Assembly: GCA_001595945.1 (NCBI GenBank)
Contig: LSSI01000015.1
Span: 1-59,889, forward strand
Reading direction: 5' to 3'
Source: Thermoplasmatales archaeon SM1-50
Lineage (GTDB): Archaea > Thermoplasmatota > E2 > DHVEG-1
DNA: 59,889 bases
In this document: one piece after another, positions 40,418-48,419 of the stretch
Position numbering within the stretch: position 1 is the first letter of the stretch
How the letters are laid out: each line of letters opens with the position of its first letter
The notes under the pieces: model-generated
Database searches by the model: none
Seen by the model: the letters and a program-made list of their open reading frames with translations, nothing else
Told to the model about the DNA's origin: nothing
Made by a program: the position numbers and the translations under genes

Positions 40418-41686
40418 TTATTTACATTTCATATCTAGAATTATATCAACTACAAATCCAATGACAATAACAAGCGAACCAAACAAAAGTACATCAACGG
40501 GGAGGCTTACAATCATCCATAACGATGTCACAATTCCAAGTAACGGAATAACCGGGAACCATCCGATATGAAACGGAACCATAAACCCAATGACAATAGG
40601 CTTTTTGTAACGGAAATAAATAACAGAGGCATTTATCATTATAAAAACCGAAAATATCGTAAAATTCGTCAAATTCGCAATCGTCTTCAGATCGCCAATG
40701 AACAAAAACAGCATTGCTACAACCACAATAGTAACGATAGCGACCCAGGGCGTACGGAACCGTCTACCTACCGCCATAAACATCTTGGGAATCGCCTCCT
40801 GCTGGGCAATACCATAGATTAACCGCGAGCCGGTTAGCAGCATCATAAGAGCAGTGTTAAAGGTCGAAAACAAGGCAATCAACGTAAGAATCAAAAAACT
40901 CTGTGCACCAAACACCCGCTCAGCTATCAACGCCAAAGGCGCCTTTGCAACTGACAGCTGCTGCCAGGGAATCACACTGACCGCAGAGATCCCAACAAAG
41001 ATGTAAATCAGTGTAGTAATGATCATGGAAAACAGAATCGCTTTTGGGATGTTTTTCTCCGGGTTTTTCGTTTCCTCTGCTAAACGAGTGATACCCTCAA
41101 AACCAAGGTACCCAAAGAAAATCAGTACTCCGGCCTCAACAATGCCTTGTACTCCTGCTGCCGCCTCAAGATAGTCCACCGAACCAAGAGTGGGTAGACC
41201 AACGAAGATAATAATCAGCAACCCAAGAATCTCAATAACGGTAAACACGATCGTGACTTTCGCGGTCTGCTGCACCCCAATAATTAAAATGACTTCAATG
41301 ACGACCAGCAGAATGACGGCGACCCAAAGAACAGGTGTATGAAACATCGCTGAAAAATACCGTGCAAATCCCAACGCAACCGTCGCACCCCCAATCACGC
41401 TTCCAGCAAGAAGTAACCAGGCAACAAGCCAGGCAGCTCTGCTGCCAAATGAGTTCTCAATATAGACATACTCAGCCCCTGCCTTAGGAAACCGAGAGGA
41501 AAGCTCAGCATAGCTAAACGCAGTAAGAGTCGCAACACCCGCAGCGATTAGAAATGACATCCAGATGCAATTGCCACTTAACCCCACCGCCTCACCGATA
41601 ATAACGTAAATACCAGCGCCAAGAATGATGCCAACGCTCATAAACGTCAATTGCCACAGAGATAACGAACGTTTCAACTCAATCAT
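40418..41686 (-). CDS. APC-superfamily amino acid permease
   Basis: LKRSLSLWQL, IILGAGIY, SYAELSSRFPKAGAEYVY, FEGITRLAEETKNPEKNIPKAI. Confidence 0.95.
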   Translation of the reverse strand: MIELKRSLSLWQLTFMSVGIILGAGIYVIIGEAVGLSGNCIWMSFLIAAGVATLTAFSYAELSSRFPKAGAEYVYIENSFGSRAAWLVAWLLLAGSVIGGATVALGFARYFSAMFHTPVLWVAVILLVVIEVILIIGVQQTAKVTIVFTVIEILGLLIIIFVGLPTLGSVDYLEAAAGVQGIVEAGVLIFFGYLGFEGITRLAEETKNPEKNIPKAILFSMIITTLIYIFVGISAVSVIPWQQLSVAKAPLALIAERVFGAQSFLILTLIALFSTFNTALMMLLTGSRLIYGIAQQEAIPKMFMAVGRRFRTPWVAIVTIVVVAMLFLFIGDLKTIANLTNFTIFSVFIMINASVIYFRYKKPIVIGFMVPFHIGWFPVIPLLGIVTSLWMIVSLPVDVLLFGSLVIVIGFVVDIILDMKCK

Positions 41687-41811
41687 ACGCTCAATCGAAG
41701 ATTAAAATTCTATTTAACTTTTTTTTCACCTGGTTAATCGTAATATTTGTATCTACCTGTATAAAAAAATAATGGAATCCTACACTATAAAAAAGTGATT
41801 GAAGAGATGGA

Positions 41812-41870
41812 TGAGCTGGGTAAAAAAAGCTTTCTATAAAGGGGTGGAAAGCAAATGGTACCCCAGCTCA
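41812..41870. ncRNA. Candidate structured RNA / attenuator (hairpin 1)
   Basis: Outer stem TGAGCTGGG/CCCAGCTCA (9 bp), inner stem GCTTTCTA/TGGAAAGC, TATAAAAA at 41786-41793. Confidence 0.4.
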
Positions 41871-42019
41871 GCATATACTGGATATACCATCGGATTTAAA
41901 AGACTTTTTATAAATATAACCCCAAAAATCAAGCAGACACATCACCACAATTTTATATTACGTCTAATGATACCGATTTATCTCTATACGTAAATAATCA
42001 AAATAAAAAAAAGAATTTA

Positions 42020-42452
42020 CTATCTTTTATTTTGTTTTTCACCAGGATTTGTTTGCTTCTGATCCCTTAGGATTTTACACATAATTTGATAGATTTCATC
42101 TCTATTCGGGGAATATTCAGGGTGACGATCGATGAACTGACTGACCAGGATTTTGACGTTTCTTCCTTTTTTATTTTCAGTAAACTTTGAAATCTTTCCT
42201 GAGAGCGACTTCAAAATATTGTTTTTTTGATAATTCATATGGATTTCACTAAGAACAATCAGTATCTCACTAACCGACAAGGAAAAAAGAATCGTTGTGA
42301 AAAAGATGATGTAATGTTCGTTTATCCGGACTGCATGTTCGATAAGGATGATATCAATAACGAGCACTAACACTGGCAGGAGCAGCGAGAGTTTTTCTAG
42401 AATGGGGAATGTTGTGATTTCACAGAGAAGCGACCTACATCGACTAAATCAT
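42020..42452 (-). CDS. Two-TM membrane hypothetical protein (5' end probably frameshifted)
   Basis: The frame is open upstream of 42373 (SRCRSLLCEITTFPILEKLSLLLP). Removing one T of the TTT at 42446-42448 joins it to ATG 42452. Confidence 0.65.
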
Positions 42453-42676
42453 GGTATATTCAGATATAGGACAAACAAACTTATGATTTAATAATTACGA
42501 TAAATAATGGTGACAAACAAAGGTATTATGCAAAAAAATCATACAAATGAAGCAAACTATCTCATGTTTTTTCTTTTTTTAAAAACAAACCTTCACAAAA
42601 CAAGTTAATAAAGCGATGAAATATCTTTTTTCTTTTACTACAAAAGTTTATTTATGAAGTAGTAATTCGTAAGAAT

Positions 42677-42744
42677 GGCTCCGGGGAGGTACAACTAGTT
42701 AAATAACACTAACCTGTTCGTTATTTCTTCCACTTCTCGGAGCC
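42677..42744 (+). ncRNA. Candidate small RNA (hairpin 2)
   Basis: 12-bp stem GGCTCCGGGGAG/CTTCTCGGAGCC with two G-U pairs on +. Inner stem AAATAAC/GTTATTT. BRE-TATA at 42641-42654 (-30..-23). Confidence 0.5.
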
Positions 42745-42811
42745 TACTATAAAAACAGAGACAAAACACTAGGCAAATCTATATAAACATGTTTTTTATT
42801 CAGGAAAATCA

Positions 42812-42866
42812 GCTCCGGAGATCAATGTTTTTTTATTTAATTTTCTTTCCTCCCTTGCTTCGGAGC
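42812..42866 (+). ncRNA. Candidate small RNA (hairpin 3)
   Basis: 9-bp stem GCTCCGGAG/CTTCGGAGC with one G-U pair on +. Pyrimidine-rich loop. TATATAAA at 42780-42787. Confidence 0.45.
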
Positions 42867-43237
42867 CTCACATTTCCTTCAGACACGCTGCTCGTCCTTA
42901 AACACACTCCTTATCCACAATAAAAAAGACAGGAATCTATTGATACGATTGGAAAATCATGTGATAATGATTTTATATTACAGAGATACCTATATTTTCA
43001 TTTGATTTCACATAAAAAAAATATTAAGTCATCGTGGCTTTGTAAACCATGTATACTATCCCTTGATTTTCAAGAGAATGTGTTTAGCAAACGGAAATCA
43101 ATGATTACCCCAAGGAAAATTCGGCCATCGTAATTTTTATAACCTTTGTTACAATCGTATATTAAGCATAAATTATAAATACCGGTAGGGTATTTTATAT
43201 TTTATAGGACCCTGTTTTCAGGGGAGGAAGATAGAAA

Positions 43238-44326
43238 ATGAAGAAGAAAATAATTAGTATAGTAGTTTGTACGCTAATGATAGGAACAACAAGCCTCGTC
43301 GTCGCTGACTGGGCGCCAGGTGATGGACATAAAATGCATTTCCCGCAACTTCCAGATCCAACCGGCTGGGATGTAAACTTCCACGATTATTTTCTTGGAG
43401 ATGATTGGCAATGTACCCAAACAGGACCAGTCACCGATATTCACTTCTGGATATCCTGGCGCCAAGATGTAATGGAAGACCTTCCATTTGTTCATGTCTT
43501 CATATATTCAAATAACCCGCAAGGACCTGGGTATTCACAACCAGACGTTCTATTATGGGAACAAATGTTTACCTTTGATCAATTCATCATTGCAGGTCCA
43601 TGGACAGGTGATCAAGGCTGGCTTGAACCATATGGTGAATACTTTTTACATGATCACATACACTATTATCAAATTAATATAAAAAACATTTCTAATCCAT
43701 TTATACAACAAAATGGAACTATCTACTGGTTGGTTATTCAGATGCCATTCCTCTACCCAATTGAAATGGGTTGGAAAACAACATTGGATCATTTCATGGA
43801 TGCAGCAGTATGGGGTGCCCCGGGGTCATGGTATCCCATCGAGGATCCATTATTAGGAACACAAATCGACTTTGCTTTTGTAATAACTAATTTTATACCA
43901 CCACCACCAGAACCTGATCTCAGTTGCAGGGGATCACTAACTTGGGATGAAGTACAACCTAGTTCTACTGTTACCGGGACATTCGAAGTTGGGAATGTAG
44001 GAGAAATCGGTTCACTACTTAATTGGACGGTGGACAGCTGGCCGCCTTGGGGGACCTGGTCGTTTACGCCAAAAAATGGTACGGCTCTTCCCAAAGGAAG
44101 CTGGGTGAACATAACAGCCACAGTGGTTGCACCTTCCGAGAAACCAAAAGAATTCAACGGGAAAATAAAAGTAATTAATACAGATGACACAACTGACTTC
44201 TGCGAAATAGATGTTACTCTTAAGACTCCAAAGTCCTTTGATATCCAGTTCCTACTTTTCTTCGGGAGACTCTTCAACCGATTTCCCAATGCGTTTCCGA
44301 TACTCCGATATCTAATGGGATACTAA
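43238..44326 (+). CDS. Secreted protein (DDWxC...DIHFW domain) + Ig-like domain + FPNAFP tail
   Basis: Signal peptide, GDDWQCTQTGPVTDIHFWISW, PPPPEPDLSC linker, LFNRFPNAFPILRYLMGY. Confidence 0.85.
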   Translation: MKKKIISIVVCTLMIGTTSLVVADWAPGDGHKMHFPQLPDPTGWDVNFHDYFLGDDWQCTQTGPVTDIHFWISWRQDVMEDLPFVHVFIYSNNPQGPGYSQPDVLLWEQMFTFDQFIIAGPWTGDQGWLEPYGEYFLHDHIHYYQINIKNISNPFIQQNGTIYWLVIQMPFLYPIEMGWKTTLDHFMDAAVWGAPGSWYPIEDPLLGTQIDFAFVITNFIPPPPEPDLSCRGSLTWDEVQPSSTVTGTFEVGNVGEIGSLLNWTVDSWPPWGTWSFTPKNGTALPKGSWVNITATVVAPSEKPKEFNGKIKVINTDDTTDFCEIDVTLKTPKSFDIQFLLFFGRLFNRFPNAFPILRYLMGY

Positions 44327-44454
44327 AAAAATCTCTCTCTTCTTTTTTTAATCATGTTACGATGGCCACAAAAAAAAAACCATAAGTGCCTCTAAAGAGT
44401 GATTTTTTAAAGAAAGAAATGATCTACATTCGTAAACCGTAGGAGAGAGATCTA

Positions 44455-44700
44455 ATGGTAACACTAAAAATAAAAGTCGGACATTACTATGCATATGCAT
44501 ACAAAGATAAACATACAATCGCATTTGCTGTACTATATGGTTTTGAACGAGGAAAAAACAAGGATGTCTATACACTACGCCTGTATACGAGCAACGGGGA
44601 TTTTGAATTTCCTATTAAAGAATCCACATTTGATCGATGGGTAAAAGAAGGACGTATTACAGAATTAACACCTGAGGAAGCACTAGACTATGCATTGTAA
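44455..44700 (+). CDS. Small hypothetical protein
   Basis: 81-aa ORF with an AGGAG RBS and plausible composition. Confidence 0.7.
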   Translation: MVTLKIKVGHYYAYAYKDKHTIAFAVLYGFERGKNKDVYTLRLYTSNGDFEFPIKESTFDRWVKEGRITELTPEEALDYAL

Positions 44701-44758
44701 ATAACTATTTTGCTTTTTAAAGAATGACATAGTATTTGATAGTGTAACGATCTACCAA

Positions 44759-44953
44759 TCATTTCATATCAGTATAGGTTACCGAATGTTGCTTCCCTGC
44801 CGTCCCCCAATTATTTAACTGAGTCTCATGAATAAGTATCGTTACTGCCTGAGCAGGGATCCCCCATTTCGTAAATACTTCGGTAATTTTCTCCATTAAT
44901 TCAGGTTTTTTTTCTTGTGGCATCGGCCATGTCTCAATAGTTACTATTGGCAT
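44759..44953 (-). CDS. 4-oxalocrotonate tautomerase family protein
   Basis: Catalytic Pro-1 (MPIVTIE), KKPELMEKITEV, VTILIHE...NWGTAG. Confidence 0.9.
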   Translation of the reverse strand: MPIVTIETWPMPQEKKPELMEKITEVFTKWGIPAQAVTILIHETQLNNWGTAGKQHSVTYTDMK

Positions 44954-45092
44954 TTATTTATCACCAAGCAAAACATGATTTCAAACATGTTTATATATTC
45001 ACCTTTTCCCATAACTCTATAGAGAACTTCTTTACATCGTAACAGAAAATTATATATAGTTACATAACATGTATTTAAAACTGGGGATAATA

Positions 45093-45755
45093 ATGAAGAA
45101 AAAAATAATTGGATATATGGTCATAACGCTTTTAATCACCGCAGCAACATTACCTGCATTAGCACATATCACACCAACAGAACCAACTACACCGAAAAAC
45201 AACAGTGTTATGTTTTCTCTATTGTTTCATTTGTTTGAACGCTTTCCAAACGCGTTTCCATACTTGAAATATTTTCTTATCATCAATGGGTTTTTAAACG
45301 CGTTTGTTAAAGAAGGAACAGGATCGCTAGTTCTCAAGTTGACAGACGCACCCCCTGAGCTTAATATTACAGAAGCATTGGTCACGATTTCTCAGGTGAC
45401 TGTTCACTATGCAGGAACAAACGACACCAATGGCTCATGGATCACTATCGTCAATGAGACACAAACCTTTGACCTGATCCAATTACAAAACGCAACAGAG
45501 GTTCTCGGAGGACAAACGTTAGCTGCGGGATGGTATACCCAGATCAGATTGTCCGTCGACAGTGCACTAGTAACCATCGATGGGACCCAATATAATCTGA
45601 AAATCCCTTCAAAGAAAGTAAAACTCATTACACCATTTTTGGTGCTGGATAATCAGACGCTAACTTTAATCTTAGACTTTGATGTGCAAAAATCAGTACA
45701 CAAAACAGGAAGCGGTACTTATATCATGAACCCAACCATCAAGGTCATCCAGTAA
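45093..45755 (+). CDS. DUF4382-domain secreted protein with N-terminal FPNAFP motif
   Basis: LKLTDAP...VTISQVTVH, FDLIQL, GWYTQIRL, LILDFDVQKS. FERFPNAFPYLKY follows the signal peptide. Confidence 0.85.
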   Translation: MKKKIIGYMVITLLITAATLPALAHITPTEPTTPKNNSVMFSLLFHLFERFPNAFPYLKYFLIINGFLNAFVKEGTGSLVLKLTDAPPELNITEALVTISQVTVHYAGTNDTNGSWITIVNETQTFDLIQLQNATEVLGGQTLAAGWYTQIRLSVDSALVTIDGTQYNLKIPSKKVKLITPFLVLDNQTLTLILDFDVQKSVHKTGSGTYIMNPTIKVIQ

Positions 45756-46021
45756 GGAAGCCCAACTGAATCTACAGCGGATGCAGGTAGAGACTACGAA
45801 GGAGAGATTAATGAAGCTATCCAGTTCTATCGAAACGCCTGGGGTGGTATTTTGAATCCTACAGATGGCACTAGAACTTCGGTTATGGAACAACAGCAAC
45901 AATCCAAAACCCGACACATGCATACACACAAAAAGGCACATATCAGGTCATTCTCACTGTGAAAGAAGTGACAAACCAGACTGCAACTGATGATACCAAG
46001 GCTGAAATTAGGGAGGATTAA
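45756..46021 (+). pseudogene. Decayed PKD domain formerly fused to the DUF4382 gene
   Basis: In frame after TAA: GSPTESTADAGRDYEGEINEAIQF. After a frameshift near 45856: YRWH*NFGYGTTATIQNPTHAYTQKGTYQVILTV. Confidence 0.8.
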
Positions 46022-46298
46022 CTTGTCATCCTCAAAAAAGCCTCCCTCTTTTTTTCCTTGTTTATTTGATATTCGCTGAAAGGAAAAACAACCATACATC
46101 TCCATCCAGACCAGTTCTTGAGTCTACTGATATATATTAATTATGTAAAAAAATTTTGTCTTTTAAAAATCCCTTTTATTTTTGAGACTCAAGATACAGA
46201 ACATACACGGCACCTTGTGTTTTACTTTTTCTGTGATATAAGTCTTTAGCGTAAAGTTTTAAAGTATTTTTTGGTTTGTTGAAATGAGGTTTAGAGAA

Positions 46299-46904
46299 AT
46301 GATTGTAAATGTAACTAATGCACACCAATACAATGAGGATGAAGTAAAAAGTGTGATCCAAAAAACCATACGACGAGGGGATGAGACAGGGGCGTTGTTT
46401 TTTGCGTTGGAACTAGCCCATGAGGATGAATCCTCGTTTTGGTGGTTACGGAATCGTTTGAAGCTCATTGCCTATGAAGACATTGGGCTTGCGAACCCTG
46501 ATGTAGTCCTACGGGTGTCAAAGGCTATCGATGACATGACAGTTCTATACGAGAGCAATACCCAAGATTGGGAGACGACCCTTGCGTACGTCATTTTATT
46601 ACTCTGCCGAAGCCAAAAATCCTGTCTAGCAGACCATTTCAAGGTGTATGTCAAGAGCTGTTGGGAGGATCAGTCAGGTAAATTTAACATAGAAATCCCA
46701 GATTATGCACTTGATTATACAACCTCCAAAGGAAACCAGTTAGGACGACTCAAATACAGCAAGAAAGGTGTTGATCATTACATCAAAGCCGGGGAAAAAC
46801 TGGTAAACGAAACAATCGACATCGAAGATATCTATAAGAAAAAAGCACATAAGGTATGGAGAGAAACCGTTTCCCCTGATACCGAGATGGAGACCATCCC
46901 ATAA
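46299..46904 (+). CDS. Stand-alone RarA/MgsA C-terminal-like domain protein (no ATPase domain)
   Basis: KSVIQKTIRRGDETGALFFALEL...LRNRLKLIAYEDIGLANP...IPDYALD. No Walker A motif. Confidence 0.75.
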   Translation: MIVNVTNAHQYNEDEVKSVIQKTIRRGDETGALFFALELAHEDESSFWWLRNRLKLIAYEDIGLANPDVVLRVSKAIDDMTVLYESNTQDWETTLAYVILLLCRSQKSCLADHFKVYVKSCWEDQSGKFNIEIPDYALDYTTSKGNQLGRLKYSKKGVDHYIKAGEKLVNETIDIEDIYKKKAHKVWRETVSPDTEMETIP

Positions 46905-47179
46905 CCAAAACCGTACCATCTCCTTAGACCAAAATATTAGGGCTAATTTAGCGAATATGATACTTATCAAAAATTTTCTATGAAATTGAATACTTGATAC
47001 CTATTTTACAAAAAACCGCCTACAGAAGCCTTTATCCTCTCCAGACACCCCCTAACAAAGAAAAAACCAAAGATACAAGCACAGTTAATATACATGGTGG
47101 AAAATCGCATGATTTTTCGTATGCGCAAAGCAAAGAGAAAACATTCAATAAGCCATATCTGTTCTCGATAAATATAGGT

Positions 47180-48073
47180 ATGAATAACACAACCCACTTT
47201 GCAGAAAAAGCAAATAATCTAGCAGGAATTACTTCCATTACATTAATTGGATTAGGACTTACCCAGATCACACTTGGTCTAACCCTCTCGAAAAGTGTGG
47301 CACTTACTGCAAATGGCATTGACTGTATCGGGGATGGATTTGTCAGTAGCGTTGTCTGGGTAGGTCTGTTATTTTTTAAAAAACCTGCGAATGAAAAATT
47401 TCATTATGGATACTATAAAATGGAAAACCTTGCATCAGCGCTTGCCGCAGTTGTCATGATAATTCTTGCACTCTACATCGTCTTTAGATCCTATAACCAA
47501 CTTGTTAACCCCCAGCCCATCAACACTCCACTCCTCGGCGCTGCAGTTGCTTTACTAGCAGCAATCATCGCAATTACTCTTGGGGTGTATAAGTATACGA
47601 AAGGAAAAAAATCAACAATGAGTTCTGTCAAGCTTGAGGCATTTAACACGATCAAAGATGGCACATCTTCAGGGCTAGCGGTTCTGGCGCTCGTATTAAC
47701 TTCCATGGGGTTTTTCATAGCTGATGCAATCGTAGGGTTTATAATTGCAGGGGTAATCGTTACCATTGGTTTTTCAGCGATAAAAGAATCAACCTATATG
47801 CTTATCGACGCATGTGACATGGAATGTGTCGATAGAAGCTTTATGATTAAAAAAATCGCAGAAGAAATTGAGAATGTTGAGTCTGCAAACCTGATTAGAT
47901 TACGAAAATCAGGACCGATTTATCAAGGTGAACTTGAAATACAAGTGTCATGTGATTTGACTATTAGAGAATTCAATCAGACAAAAAATAAGATAATAAA
48001 AAAAGTACGTTCTGTGTTCCCAGAAGTTGAACGCCTTACAATCACATTAGCGGAGAAAGACACACCGAAGTAA
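47180..48073 (+). CDS. Cation diffusion facilitator (FieF/MamM-like) transporter
   Basis: ANGIDCIGD, FHYGYYKMENL, KDGTSS, ADAIVG, LRKSGP C-terminal domain. Confidence 0.9.
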   Translation: MNNTTHFAEKANNLAGITSITLIGLGLTQITLGLTLSKSVALTANGIDCIGDGFVSSVVWVGLLFFKKPANEKFHYGYYKMENLASALAAVVMIILALYIVFRSYNQLVNPQPINTPLLGAAVALLAAIIAITLGVYKYTKGKKSTMSSVKLEAFNTIKDGTSSGLAVLALVLTSMGFFIADAIVGFIIAGVIVTIGFSAIKESTYMLIDACDMECVDRSFMIKKIAEEIENVESANLIRLRKSGPIYQGELEIQVSCDLTIREFNQTKNKIIKKVRSVFPEVERLTITLAEKDTPK

Positions 48074-48329
48074 TGCTTTTATCCTGGTAGTTAATCATAC
48101 GTAAAAAATGGAGAATGATGTTTTTGAAAGCTACTATGTATGTGAAATTTAGAGATTGCGGATTACTATAATTACAAACAGGCAGTTTAAACGAAATGGA
48201 GATACCGGATGGCAATAACTTTCCAAACTGCGGCGGTGAAGTAATTCTGTTAACCTCCATCCTATGCATACCCAGCACATATTCATTAAAAAATATCATC
48301 TGTTTTTTATTGATATCAGTAGATCATAG

Positions 48330-48385
48330 AACATTGACCTAGCTTACAAAGCCATCGATGATACTGGTTTGTTTCTTAGGAAAAT
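48330..48385 (+). repeat. Dispersed degenerate relic, copy C
   Basis: Reads NIDLAYKAIDDTGLFLRK, weakly similar to copies A and B (IDILYKGT..DDGFF). Confidence 0.3.
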
Positions 48386-48419
48386 TAACTGGAAAAAAAG
48401 AAGAAAGTGCAGAAATTTT

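Noticed and set aside
42677-42866. Interpretation of the GCTCCGG...CGGAGC stems as tRNA (tRNA-Glu-like acceptor) genes
   Set aside because: There is no D-, anticodon- or T-arm between the stem halves.
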